A DNA stretch of 64,000 nucleotides from an uncultured virus (IMG/VR IMGVR_UViG_3300043447_000658) (taxonomy: Duplodnaviria; Heunggongvirae; Uroviricota; Caudoviricetes). The notes under the pieces were generated by a model. The model saw only the letters and a program-made list of their open reading frames with translations. It ran no database searches and was not told the DNA's origin. Where the stretch lies: IMG/VR virus record IMGVR_UViG_3300043447_000658, positions 1-64,000 of that record. One strand, 5' to 3'. Below, piece after piece: positions 47,651 through 58,248 of the stretch. Position 1 is the first letter of the stretch. Every line of letters starts with the position of its first letter. The translations under genes and the position numbers were made by a program.

Positions 47651-50600
47651 TTAAACTTGTTCAAATTGTGTACAAACTATTTGGCTTCCGGTACAAGGAC
47701 TTACTTGTTCAAGACAAGGACTCATTTCATTTTCTTTACAGAAATATGTTGTTGGTGGTGGAGTCACGCAAGTAGTGTCGTCATATGGTAATACCACAAC
47801 TTCACTAAAGTCTTCACATCCGTTCGCATCTACAATTCTTAAGTAATATCCACCAGGTACTAATCCTGTTACATTGTAACCACCTGTTTGGTTAGTTACA
47901 GGGAATCCAGGATAAACACTACCTCCCGATGTTTCATAAGGGAATGTTGTGTCCTCATATAAATAATACGTGTACGGACCAACTCCACCTGAACCATTTA
48001 ATGTTAATGAACCGTCAGCGTTAAATCCACAACTTGTTGGGTTACTTGTGTTGGTAATTGTTGCAACACAAGGTAGTGGAGTTGCTGTTGGTGTTGGTGT
48101 AGGTGTTGAAGTTGACGTCGGAGTAGGTGTAGGAGTTTCGGTTGGTATCGGTGTATTAGTTGGTGTAGGTGTTGGAGTTGATGTCGGCGTAGGTGTTGGT
48201 GTACTAGTTGGTGTACTAGTAGGTGTAGGTGTTGGAGTTGATGCAATAACTATCACCCCAATTCCAAATTCACAAACCGGAGTTGCAGTTGGTGTTGGAG
48301 TTGCAGTGGCCGTTGGTGTAGGTGTACTCGTTGGTGTGTTAGTTGGTGTAGGTGTAGGTGTACCTGTGGCAGTTGGTGTAGGTGTACTTGTAGGTGTTGG
48401 CGTTGGTGTATTAGTCGGTGTGCTAGTAGGTGTAGGAGTCGGTGTTGACGCGATAATAATTGTTCCAATTCCAAATTCACATATTGGAGTTGCCGTTGGT
48501 GTCGGTGTGCTAGTTGGTGTACTAGTTGGTGTTGATGTCGGAGTTGCAGTTGCAGTTGGTGTTGGTGTAGCAGTCGCTGTTGGTGTTGGTGTGTTAGTAG
48601 GTGTAGGTGTTGGAGTTGATGTGATAATAATTGTTCCAATTCCAAATTCACAAACCGGTGTAGGTGTTGGAGTTACAGTTGGTGTATTGGTAGGAGTACT
48701 AGTTGGTGTACTAGTTGGAGTGGGTGTTGATGTCGGTGTCGGAGTTGGTGTTGGTGTAGATGCAATAATCGTTACTCCAATTCCAAATTCACAAACCGGA
48801 GTTGGTGTAGGTGTCGGAGTTGGTGTAGGAGTACTAGTAGGTGTATTAGTTGGTGTTGGTGTAGGTGTCGGAGTTGGTGTAGATGCAATAACCACCACTC
48901 CAATACCGAAATCACAAACAGGTGTAGGAGTTGGAGTTGGGGTCGGAGTTGGTGTACTCGTAGGTGTTGGTGTAGGGGTCGGAGTTGATGCAATAATGTT
49001 AACACCTATGTTAAAATCACAAACAGGTGTAGGAGTTGGAGTTGGTGTAGATGTAGGTGTTGGAGTCGGTGTTGAAGCTATAATAGTAACCCCTACATTA
49101 AAGTCACAAACAGGCGTCGGTGTTGGCGTTGGTGTGCTAGTAGGTGTAGGAGTTGGGGTTGATGATACTAAAATTACACCGATATTAAAGTTACAAACAG
49201 GAGTTGGGGTAATTGTTGGTGTCGGTGTAGGTGTACCTGTTGCGGTAGGTGTTGGGGTAATTGTTGGAGTTGCAGTTGGTGGTATAGGTGTTGCAGTTGG
49301 TGTTGGAGTTGCAGTTGGTGTTGGAGTTGATGTTGGTGTTGGTGTTGGCGTACCTGTGGCAGTTGGTGTTGGAGTTGATGTTGGTGTTGGTGTACTAGTT
49401 GGGGTAGGAGTACTGGTAGGTGTTGGTGTCGGCGTACCTGTTGGAGTTGGGCTCGGTGTAGGTGTTGGGCTCGGTGTAGGGGTTGGGGTTGGTGTGGTAT
49501 CTTCTGCAATATATGACCTTTGTGTATTTGGTCCTGCTTGTACTTGCGTACAATTACCATCAGTACAACCTGTTAATCTTAATAAACTTTCAACACTCGG
49601 TACGTTATCACATTCATAACCTAAATAATATTGTTGAGTATCAATATCTAAACACTCAAATTTATTTCCTGTAAATGGACTAATGAATGCTGAATCATTT
49701 TTAGTTGACACAACAATTCTATTAATACCACTTGAAGGTCCATTAAATAAGATTGTATCTGAATTGATTGAAGTTCCTGATGTTACTAATGTGTAGTAAA
49801 TTCCTCTATTACAATAATTTAAATCAACACTTGTTACCTCAATAGGAAAACCGTATTGACTTATCATAAAGTCTCCACTCTGAAAATGTCCTTCAGGATA
49901 TTCACAACAAGGTACTTCAGGTTGTTCAGGTCTTACAAATAAATCTTCAGGATATTTGTATGTAAAATGATATGGAACAGTTTCTAAGTATTCATTAATG
50001 TTAGTGTATACCAAAACTTTACTTGTTGGTAACACTTCAAACTCACCATTAATAACATCTTTCTTAATTGAACTTAAACATTCTTTTCTTACTACTTTTA
50101 TTAATGAATAATCAAAGGTAAATTGATAACCGTTACTCTCAACGAACTTAAACATTTCCGTTGGAAGTAAATTACAATCTTTTTGACTTATACTTAAAAT
50201 CGTGTCACCTATTTCAATATCTTCGATTGATGTCTCAACAACTCCACCAGATGATAGAGTACTTTGTAGTCCTTGCCAAGTTGTTGGAACTGACCCTGAA
50301 ATATATTTGTAAATTTCGGTCCCTTTCTTTATACCATAATCGAAAGATGTTTTGTATTGAACTTTTGGATTTATAGTATAACCACTTACTTCATCAGAAA
50401 TTTTAACTATCTTTTGTTGTAATCCTTCAATTCTAAATTTTTGTTCACAGTTTGCGGCGTCGGAAACAATAATATCATATACGTCTGTTTCTTTAACATT
50501 AGGGATGATATATGTACAAGTAACTAACTGTAAATCGTCAGCATATATTGCTCTCTTAATTGGTTTAGGGTCATTGATTTCAATAAAATCACAATCAGTA

Positions 50601-53600
50601 CATACACCTGAGTTACAAGTTGTTCCACTTGTGACGTATATGTTTAAATCCCAAATTCCATTATTTTCAACACCTGTAGTTACTCCTGTAACAGTTATAT
50701 ATACGTCTTCAACTAACTGACAATTTGTTGTAACTCCTTGATATGGTATTGCGGGTCCTGATAATTCAACTCTTAAATTACATTCGTCCTTATCTAAACC
50801 ATAGTTTGGTTCAAAATAAAAATCAATATCTTCTCCGTTTCTACAATCGGTGGTATCTAATGTAAATCTTACCTTTTCAACACCATCAATGTCTAGAAAA
50901 TATTCTAATGAAAGTGTCTTTTTATAAATTTGAGAGCAATTCGAGGTTTGTGTCTTTGCTGTGTATGGTGCATAATCATCAATACATCCGTAGTTGTCTT
51001 GAGTTATTTGTGTATTAATTGTTTGGACTAAATCGGTTAATGTTTCTTTCCATTCATTTTTAATTAATGGTAAATTTAGATTAATCCAATTTTTATAATC
51101 ACAAATTAATGGAATTGATAAGGATGTTTGGGTTAATGATGTACAATCAACTGTTGGTGTGTATCCTGAGAAAAGCTCTGAACGTAAGTTTGAACTTGTT
51201 CCTGAATAGATATTACCATTTATGTTTAAATAAATTGTATATGTTAAACCGCTAAATGAAAATAATCCTCTTAGACTATCTTCATTGGATGCGTTTTCAT
51301 ATGATGTAGTCCCTCCACCTAAAATTGTTTCTAAGTCTTCCTCAATTACAGTTTCGAAATCAGGATATAATACCTCAACAAATTCTTTTGGTGTACAAGG
51401 TTGTTTGTATTGAAATTTAGACCTACCGAATATTCCGTTTTCAATTAAGTTACCCCCCAACCATTGAGTTGTTGCGGGAACGAATTGGTCGATTACATTC
51501 ACCCAATATGGACTCATTCTTTGAATGAATTCATTTATTTTAATGTAGTTGTACGGTGTAAATGAAACGCTATTTACATATGATTCATAAACTTGTTTTA
51601 ATAGTCGGTATTCTTTCTTGTACTTAATTGTACTTGAATTTCTAATTACTTGACTAACAGCTTCTTTTAAAAACTCAGCGAAGGATGGTCTTTCCTGTGG
51701 TGGTAAAGTACCGAAAGTCAACGTTAAGTTTCTACTTTTTCTATAGATGTCGTAATCGATTGCTCTTGACCCATCTAAGAAAATATTAATATTTTTTCTG
51801 TTTAATTTATATGTGAAATTACCATCGTCATCTAATACTTCAGTTTTTCTATTATCAATTTCGATATTCAAATCGTAACCATAATCTAAACCAGGTAATT
51901 TTCTGTAGTTATTAAAATAATCTTCACCATATGTAAATGGTTTTGATTTTGTTTTAAGAACTTTAGTATCTCCTGTAAGAACTGAATTTTCAATGTCTAA
52001 TATGTCACCAGACCTATGGTCTAATGTTTTTCTATACCAACCGGCACCCATTGCAAAATACAATGAACCATCGGAACTTTCTAATCCTCTCGGTAATCCA
52101 TCAGTTGTTACGGGATATTGACTTCTTGATAGTACGGTTGAACCAGATGTGGTCACCAATCTATAAGTGTACGCATTGTAATCAACTCCATCAATTGTTT
52201 GTGCAAATGGTACAAACTCAACGTGTTGGAATTCTTTTACTCCATTGATAACATCTCTAATGTCATTCTCGTATGTTGCCTTTGGTAATAAACTATCAAC
52301 TCGATAGATGTATTCATCCAACCTTATCATAGGTTCAGGAGCACCGATGAATTTTAAAAAGAATTCAATGGCTAATCTTGTACCTTTTGATTTATATAAT
52401 TGTGCAAGGTTTACAATTAATCTTCTGTAAAACTCGTACTCACCCTCTAATAGATTAGCACCTATATTAAGTCCTTCGTATTGTGAAGTGTGTCTTGTAT
52501 AAAGAGTTTCTTCTAATGACTTTTCATCATAAAGATTGACTGTTGATAATCCTAATGTTTCTGCTAAATTTTTTAATAATGCGTCGGGTACATTGTTAGC
52601 TTTATCATAGCTAACATTTCTCATAAACGCAATATTATCAATAAACTTCTTTACCTTATCGAAACTCTGTCCGTAAAGTTGGAAAATTGCTTCCGCCTTC
52701 TTTCCTTCGGTATCGAATTCGTAGAGTTGCGGTGACGTCATAAATCTAATGATTAAATTTGATTTATAATCGTCAACAATATTACCTATATTACTTAATG
52801 CAGAAACGTATGATTCGTAATCAAGACCAACTATTTGTATGTTCCACCCATCTCGACTTAATGGCCAAGTTGCAAATTCACTTTGTAATTCTGTGACCGC
52901 TCCATCATATAAATCTGTTGGTATTCTAAACGCAGCGGTATATTTGGGGGTCGATTCTCTATCTAATAATACGGTCTCTAATTCATCAAGACTATTGAAA
53001 AATTCTTCAGTTACACCGTTATTTGGTCTAATTAAATAATTGTCAGTGTAGATTGAATATCCACCGAAACAATATCCTTTTACTTTTAATGTGATAAAAC
53101 CATCATTATCCGGTTCTTCGTATGAAACAATTTCATATGTTGAACCGCTAAGGTTATCTACTACATATTTTGTATATGATGAATAAAAATCTCTATACGA
53201 ATTTGTTGATTGTAAAACTTCAACCCCTTGAGGTCTTTGAATAACAATATCAAATGGGTTATAAATTAAAGATTTTTTAAATTGGAATTGTGTGGTGTTT
53301 GAAATTGGGTCGTAACCAAGAGTTGCTCCCGTTAATACCGCACTAACATTCGTAGATGAAACCGGTGAATCAACATCAACTAATAATGCTGCAGGGAAAC
53401 TTTCAATAATATTCCCAACCGCACCATTTAATCTTGTTGATAAGGAACCAAATAAAGATTTTGACGCATCGTTTTTAGAATTATGAAATTTAATCTTTTT
53501 ACTTCTATCAGGTAAATTAATACCTGTAGAGTTATTATCATAAATTGAATTCGTTTCTTCTTTTAATGTATCTAAAGTAAGGAAATCAGAAAATGGTTGT

Positions 53601-53767
53601 GTGTGAAAAGTCTTACTGTCTTTTTCAGGAATTACTCTATCAATAAGGAATTGGGTATTAGCCAATTGACTAGAACCATCGGTTATTTGTAAACCGATGA
53701 GCTTGTCATTGAACGTTTCACCACCACTAGCCGCCTGATATGGGACCTTTCTTGTTATTTTAGCCAT
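47651..53767 (-). CDS. Very large baseplate wedge-type protein with a degenerate Hint domain, a TP/Cys-strand array and an SprB-like repeat
   Basis: 2038 aa; LKNLAETLG and LYKSKGT motifs of gpI/gp7-type wedge proteins; see findings for the C-terminal modules. Confidence 0.75.
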   Translation of the reverse strand: MAKITRKVPYQAASGGETFNDKLIGLQITDGSSQLANTQFLIDRVIPEKDSKTFHTQPFSDFLTLDTLKEETNSIYDNNSTGINLPDRSKKIKFHNSKNDASKSLFGSLSTRLNGAVGNIIESFPAALLVDVDSPVSSTNVSAVLTGATLGYDPISNTTQFQFKKSLIYNPFDIVIQRPQGVEVLQSTNSYRDFYSSYTKYVVDNLSGSTYEIVSYEEPDNDGFITLKVKGYCFGGYSIYTDNYLIRPNNGVTEEFFNSLDELETVLLDRESTPKYTAAFRIPTDLYDGAVTELQSEFATWPLSRDGWNIQIVGLDYESYVSALSNIGNIVDDYKSNLIIRFMTSPQLYEFDTEGKKAEAIFQLYGQSFDKVKKFIDNIAFMRNVSYDKANNVPDALLKNLAETLGLSTVNLYDEKSLEETLYTRHTSQYEGLNIGANLLEGEYEFYRRLIVNLAQLYKSKGTRLAIEFFLKFIGAPEPMIRLDEYIYRVDSLLPKATYENDIRDVINGVKEFQHVEFVPFAQTIDGVDYNAYTYRLVTTSGSTVLSRSQYPVTTDGLPRGLESSDGSLYFAMGAGWYRKTLDHRSGDILDIENSVLTGDTKVLKTKSKPFTYGEDYFNNYRKLPGLDYGYDLNIEIDNRKTEVLDDDGNFTYKLNRKNINIFLDGSRAIDYDIYRKSRNLTLTFGTLPPQERPSFAEFLKEAVSQVIRNSSTIKYKKEYRLLKQVYESYVNSVSFTPYNYIKINEFIQRMSPYWVNVIDQFVPATTQWLGGNLIENGIFGRSKFQYKQPCTPKEFVEVLYPDFETVIEEDLETILGGGTTSYENASNEDSLRGLFSFSGLTYTIYLNINGNIYSGTSSNLRSELFSGYTPTVDCTSLTQTSLSIPLICDYKNWINLNLPLIKNEWKETLTDLVQTINTQITQDNYGCIDDYAPYTAKTQTSNCSQIYKKTLSLEYFLDIDGVEKVRFTLDTTDCRNGEDIDFYFEPNYGLDKDECNLRVELSGPAIPYQGVTTNCQLVEDVYITVTGVTTGVENNGIWDLNIYVTSGTTCNSGVCTDCDFIEINDPKPIKRAIYADDLQLVTCTYIIPNVKETDVYDIIVSDAANCEQKFRIEGLQQKIVKISDEVSGYTINPKVQYKTSFDYGIKKGTEIYKYISGSVPTTWQGLQSTLSSGGVVETSIEDIEIGDTILSISQKDCNLLPTEMFKFVESNGYQFTFDYSLIKVVRKECLSSIKKDVINGEFEVLPTSKVLVYTNINEYLETVPYHFTYKYPEDLFVRPEQPEVPCCEYPEGHFQSGDFMISQYGFPIEVTSVDLNYCNRGIYYTLVTSGTSINSDTILFNGPSSGINRIVVSTKNDSAFISPFTGNKFECLDIDTQQYYLGYECDNVPSVESLLRLTGCTDGNCTQVQAGPNTQRSYIAEDTTPTPTPTPSPTPTPSPTPTGTPTPTPTSTPTPTSTPTPTSTPTPTATGTPTPTPTSTPTPTATPTPTATPIPPTATPTITPTPTATGTPTPTPTITPTPVCNFNIGVILVSSTPTPTPTSTPTPTPTPVCDFNVGVTIIASTPTPTPTSTPTPTPTPVCDFNIGVNIIASTPTPTPTPTSTPTPTPTPTPTPVCDFGIGVVVIASTPTPTPTPTPTNTPTSTPTPTPTPTPTPVCEFGIGVTIIASTPTPTPTPTSTPTPTSTPTSTPTNTPTVTPTPTPVCEFGIGTIIITSTPTPTPTNTPTPTATATPTPTATATPTSTPTSTPTSTPTPTATPICEFGIGTIIIASTPTPTPTSTPTNTPTPTPTSTPTPTATGTPTPTPTNTPTSTPTPTATATPTPTATPVCEFGIGVIVIASTPTPTPTSTPTSTPTPTPTSTPTPTPTNTPIPTETPTPTPTSTSTPTPTPTATPLPCVATITNTSNPTSCGFNADGSLTLNGSGGVGPYTYYLYEDTTFPYETSGGSVYPGFPVTNQTGGYNVTGLVPGGYYLRIVDANGCEDFSEVVVLPYDDTTCVTPPPTTYFCKENEMSPCLEQVSPCTGSQIVCTQFEQV
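48075..49500 (-). repeat. Thr-Pro array punctuated by eight copies of P(V/I)C(N/D/E)F(N/G)(I/V)Gxxxxx S
   Basis: Counted in the translation. Confidence 0.9.
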
Positions 53768-54675
53768 TATTGAGTTATAACATCAAAATTTAATGTTTCG
53801 TCGATATTATCATTCTTCTCTCTTATTTCGTATAGTGTCTCGTTAATATCGTCTTTAATTTCGTATAAGTTAAACTGCTTATAGATATTATTATTTTGGT
53901 CATAAATCGTGTAAATTCCATCAACAACTGACTTACTTTGATTACCGTAAAGTGCGTGTGCCAATGTTGTTGCATCGTGTTCTACCATTTCAACTTCTAA
54001 CATAACAGGATTAAAATGTGTATTTGTTAGAATGATATTTTGATTTGGTTGACCAATGAATGGTATGGTATTAGGTCTACTAGACGGTGAAGAGCTTGGT
54101 GTTAATGTCAAAAACATTAAGTTTGTTGTTATATCAGAATATCTGTATCTAATTGCTTTTTGTGATGAATTTGTTAAATTCGATAACACAGGTTCACAGT
54201 AAAAAGATGAGGTAACAATTCTAAAAAAATTAGGAATCTTAGCACCTGAATCATCCAAGTACTCAATTCGGTAACCCACTAATCCTTGAGGAGTGAATTT
54301 GTTAGTATCTGCAGCGTCGATTTGAGAGATGTCAATAATCAATCCTCTTACGGACGGTAATGATGACAAAACACCACAATCAGAAACAACTGTTCTGATT
54401 TGTTTTGGTCTTAAGTACAACGTATATATTCCTAACTCAGAGAATCTTGATGATTCTAATTTTAGATTATACATACCACCTAATAGTTCAGTACCTGAAT
54501 TACCTCCTGTTGAATCATTGTGGAATACGGGTGTTAATATATCTTGTGAGTTATCTATCTTCTCAAATTGAACTTCCGTACTAGCGGTTCTACCCGAAAC
54601 GAAGTGATAATATATATCAACATCGGCCGGTGAAACGTCCGCAGGTCTTATAGTTCCGTAACTTCCTACTGCCAT
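53767..54675 (-). CDS. Putative baseplate/tail structural protein
   Basis: 302 aa ORF coupled to the 2038 aa gene; upstream TATTTAT. Confidence 0.65.
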   Translation of the reverse strand: MAVGSYGTIRPADVSPADVDIYYHFVSGRTASTEVQFEKIDNSQDILTPVFHNDSTGGNSGTELLGGMYNLKLESSRFSELGIYTLYLRPKQIRTVVSDCGVLSSLPSVRGLIIDISQIDAADTNKFTPQGLVGYRIEYLDDSGAKIPNFFRIVTSSFYCEPVLSNLTNSSQKAIRYRYSDITTNLMFLTLTPSSSPSSRPNTIPFIGQPNQNIILTNTHFNPVMLEVEMVEHDATTLAHALYGNQSKSVVDGIYTIYDQNNNIYKQFNLYEIKDDINETLYEIREKNDNIDETLNFDVITQ

Positions 54676-54704
54676 CTTTTATTATTTATCTATAAATATA
54701 ATTT

Positions 54705-55643
54705 TTATTGTTTTCGTACTTTAAAATATCCATTTCCATAAACATCTAATTCTCCTGTGTTGTCCATTTCGGTCAATCTGAAGTTTCTTTCCATAACTCC
54801 CATCTGTCCTCTTTCAACAAAAACATCTGAAAAAATTTGTGGGTCGTCCACAAATCCTAAAAAATGTTCATTTCTCGTAATCATTCCGTTGTAGATTTCG
54901 TCTTGAAAAAATGTTTGTGTGGTTCCTGAAGTCACTCCTGATATATGTGTATATCCATCTGGGTAATCTCTATAAACCAAACCATCAATTGTATATCCTG
55001 AATATTCTAAAGTAACTGTTACTCCTGAGTAACCCGCATTTGTTCCATATAATTTTTTCTCATCAATTCTACTTTTGCCAATACCCAAAAAGGTTACTGT
55101 GGTACTATTAGTGGCACCTGTTAAAGTTCTATAGTCTTGTAAATAAGTTTGTGAGTAGGTATCCCCCTCACTATATGGAATGTCAAAAGTTAATTCTCCT
55201 AAGTCAGTTGGATAACCAAAAGATTGAACAAAAGGTATTTCTATTGTCTTTTGTACCTTTCTAACATCCCAAGGTGAATTTACCGTAACCTCAATTGTGT
55301 ATGTTCCGTTACTTGAATATGTGTGTCCTGTGCTTGGTAAACTCACATTATCAATGTTCATAACCGGCATTGTGAGTGTACTTGTTGCACCATCTCCCCA
55401 ATTAACTGTGAAGATTGCATCGATTAATGCTCCGTATCTTGTTGTGTTGACAGTATTATAAACTGTAACTGAATTACCATTACCTTTATATGTAAAATTA
55501 CATATCTGTTGTGTTTGACTAATATCACCGTCAAAACCAATCATAATACCTAAATCCTTAATACTTTGTTCTAAAAATATTGGTAGGTTATATGTTTGAC
55601 CTGTGTCAGTTTTTAATATTGTGTGTCTAATAGTTGTGTCCAT
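54705..55643 (-). CDS. Structural protein with a PKD-like domain
   Basis: FTVNWGDG...HTYSSNGTYTIEVTV. Confidence 0.7.
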   Translation of the reverse strand: MDTTIRHTILKTDTGQTYNLPIFLEQSIKDLGIMIGFDGDISQTQQICNFTYKGNGNSVTVYNTVNTTRYGALIDAIFTVNWGDGATSTLTMPVMNIDNVSLPSTGHTYSSNGTYTIEVTVNSPWDVRKVQKTIEIPFVQSFGYPTDLGELTFDIPYSEGDTYSQTYLQDYRTLTGATNSTTVTFLGIGKSRIDEKKLYGTNAGYSGVTVTLEYSGYTIDGLVYRDYPDGYTHISGVTSGTTQTFFQDEIYNGMITRNEHFLGFVDDPQIFSDVFVERGQMGVMERNFRLTEMDNTGELDVYGNGYFKVRKQ

Positions 55644-56449
55644 TATCCTCCAGATAGTATTTCATAAAATTTTATGGGGTCTCCCGATTCACCAATTCTG
55701 GTTCCTGTGGTTCCTGAATATCTAAACACTTGATAAGAATAATCTGTCCTGTCTATGGTTACCTTATAATATAAATCTCTATACTCTAAAACTGAAGCGT
55801 TAGTTGCCAATGATGTGTTTGAAAAGTTTAAAACTGTTCCATCTTCACCATTAAAAAATCTAGCCGTCATATAAAATGTTGTTCCTGTTAGCATAGTTCC
55901 TCTGAACGCATCGTCATCTTGGAACCAAAACAGATACATATTTTCTTTATTTCTGTAATTTGAGCCGTTGAATATTGGTACTTTTATATAATCGTTAAAT
56001 CCTGTATAAAAAACTTTCTCACCTAATGGTAATGAAAGATTTTTTGCAAAAACTAATTTTCTATTCGTTCTGTCGGGATTTTCACCATCAGGAACAATAA
56101 AAAATTCCAATCTAAAAAATGTTTTAGTTGTTTGAATTAATTGTTTAGCATTTTCTTGATGGTCAATACCAATTAAGGAATAGTCCAATCCACCACTATG
56201 TGTTCCACTCTGATTGTAGAAATAAAAATAAAACCAAATGTCTGATTGAGTATCGGTAGAATGTGATGTGATGCCAGAATAAGGTTTATGTATAAACCTC
56301 ATAGTTTCGTAATTATCAACCGGATTAATGATTGTCCTTACTGTTTCATTTTCAAATTGTTCTAAAGCATCTTCTCTCCCTAAATCAGGTTTAAAGTTGG
56401 TTTCCAAATTAAAAAATATATTATCTCTAATGTTTTTTAAAACTTTCAT
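55643..56449 (-). CDS. Putative structural protein
   Basis: 268 aa ORF with TAATG coupling in the baseplate operon. Confidence 0.65.
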   Translation of the reverse strand: MKVLKNIRDNIFFNLETNFKPDLGREDALEQFENETVRTIINPVDNYETMRFIHKPYSGITSHSTDTQSDIWFYFYFYNQSGTHSGGLDYSLIGIDHQENAKQLIQTTKTFFRLEFFIVPDGENPDRTNRKLVFAKNLSLPLGEKVFYTGFNDYIKVPIFNGSNYRNKENMYLFWFQDDDAFRGTMLTGTTFYMTARFFNGEDGTVLNFSNTSLATNASVLEYRDLYYKVTIDRTDYSYQVFRYSGTTGTRIGESGDPIKFYEILSGG

Positions 56450-58248
56450 TAACAGTTTTTACTTGTGTTTGAATTATTTCTATCTAATCTGTTATTTTTA
56501 TTATTATATCTATTAATAAATGCATTAAAATCAAAAATACCATCAGCTTTGTGTTGATAATTTTTTTCATTTCTTATATAGAAATTAATATCGTTCCTAA
56601 CATAGTGTGTGTTGTTAAGAAACGGATAGTCTACACCGAATCCTAAGTCATCTGAATATCCGTAATCATACACATCTCTCCATTTCCATACATTCTCAAA
56701 CGGGAAGTATCTTGCGTTTTGTGGTAGATTTTCGATGTCGGGTGTTGATGATGTTTCGATGTAAGGTGAAAGTTCTCTAATTTTAACTCGGTAATGTGGT
56801 TGATATAATACTCCGTACATATTTGTCGAAGTTGCTCCTGAAAACCCTTCAACTGTAACCGATTGGTTAAAATTGAAAATACTTGTTGGGTTTGTTAATC
56901 TATACATCGATTCTGAAATAACCCTTTCTTTTATTGTCGATGGATTATATTCAATAAACGCACCTGTCAATACCGTACCGACAGATATTGTATTTCCACT
57001 GGTGAATGTGATTCCGCTTTTTGTAAATGATGTACCTAATCCTAAACCAGACTCGTACGGTGGTTGAGTTTTAATTGAACCATCAAAGTGGTTATCAATC
57101 CAAGTATTATGTAGATTAAATTTCCAACCTACTTTTGGTGGATAGTCAAAATAACCATTACCATTTCTAAATAATATTGTTACATATAAATCCGTAGGTT
57201 CATAATTTAAATTGTTGGTTAATCCTGTTAAAACAAATGGTTCTTTAAAATCATAAAGAACTGATTCCATTCTATTTCTTTCAACCAATACATCATTAGC
57301 TCCTGATATATTCTCAAAAACTAATTTTCTTTCGTCTTCAAATATTGGACTTTCAAATCCTGCCTTATCTAAAATATAATCTGCCGAATTAGTTGCCGTT
57401 TTATGTTTGTGTACATAGTAAGTTGATGTTGTTCCTGAAATGTTTTTGGTGTCGATACATCTTTTACCTGTAATTAAAGTGTTATTAAATGTTGTAGTAC
57501 CTGATGGTATTTGGGATTTTAAAATATCTAAAACATATAATTCAGAATTATAATATTCATTACCAATTGAATTTATATAATATGGATATCCATTTAATAT
57601 AATAAACTCACCTTCACTCATTCCGTGGTCAACAGGACTTGTCAGTCTATAACTCGCATTATTATCGGTAATTCTAAATGGTATGCCATTACCACTAACA
57701 AAACTTAATGTTGTATTTCCCGATAAAGTATATTTCATCGGATAGTTTTCATCGTGGTCGTACACATATGATACGTGAATGTTCCAATTGTGATACGGAG
57801 CATTCATTGGTGTAATCAATTGGTGAGTTATGTCTCCTGTTTTTGTTACGGTGATTCCTGTAAATGTACTTAAGTCTGAAACATCTATATCATTAGGTTT
57901 TTCTCTGTACACATCATTTCTTAAAAACGCGAATTCGTTATATGGTAAGTAACCATCAAATTCTCCGTCATCACCATCACCAACTAGTGCTAACTCTTCA
58001 GACAATGGAAGATAACTTGATAATCCACTGTACATATTTCTGAACACCATCTTTATTTTACCATACAACTTATATCTTTTACTGTCATTTCTTTCTTGAC
58101 CAAATAATTCATTAATATCTAAAATAATATCTCTATCATCATTAGTTAATAAACTCTTACCTTCCTCAAAATTAACTTGGAGGATTTGGTCTTCGGAAGA
58201 TGCTTTGTGAAACCTTTTTTCAGGTAATATAATTTTTCTCTTTTCCAT
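56449..58248 (-). CDS. Putative structural protein
   Basis: 599 aa ORF with TAATG coupling. Confidence 0.65.
   Translation of the reverse strand: MEKRKIILPEKRFHKASSEDQILQVNFEEGKSLLTNDDRDIILDINELFGQERNDSKRYKLYGKIKMVFRNMYSGLSSYLPLSEELALVGDGDDGEFDGYLPYNEFAFLRNDVYREKPNDIDVSDLSTFTGITVTKTGDITHQLITPMNAPYHNWNIHVSYVYDHDENYPMKYTLSGNTTLSFVSGNGIPFRITDNNASYRLTSPVDHGMSEGEFIILNGYPYYINSIGNEYYNSELYVLDILKSQIPSGTTTFNNTLITGKRCIDTKNISGTTSTYYVHKHKTATNSADYILDKAGFESPIFEDERKLVFENISGANDVLVERNRMESVLYDFKEPFVLTGLTNNLNYEPTDLYVTILFRNGNGYFDYPPKVGWKFNLHNTWIDNHFDGSIKTQPPYESGLGLGTSFTKSGITFTSGNTISVGTVLTGAFIEYNPSTIKERVISESMYRLTNPTSIFNFNQSVTVEGFSGATSTNMYGVLYQPHYRVKIRELSPYIETSSTPDIENLPQNARYFPFENVWKWRDVYDYGYSDDLGFGVDYPFLNNTHYVRNDINFYIRNEKNYQHKADGIFDFNAFINRYNNKNNRLDRNNSNTSKNC

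Noticed and set aside
48004..49560. His/Gln/Leu-rich alternative-frame ORFs on the minus strand
   Set aside because: Off-frame readings of the same low-complexity repeat
47970..49619. 549 aa Val-Gly repeat ORF on the plus strand
   Set aside because: Antisense shadow of the Thr-Pro array; reverse complements of ACN/CCN codons contain no stops
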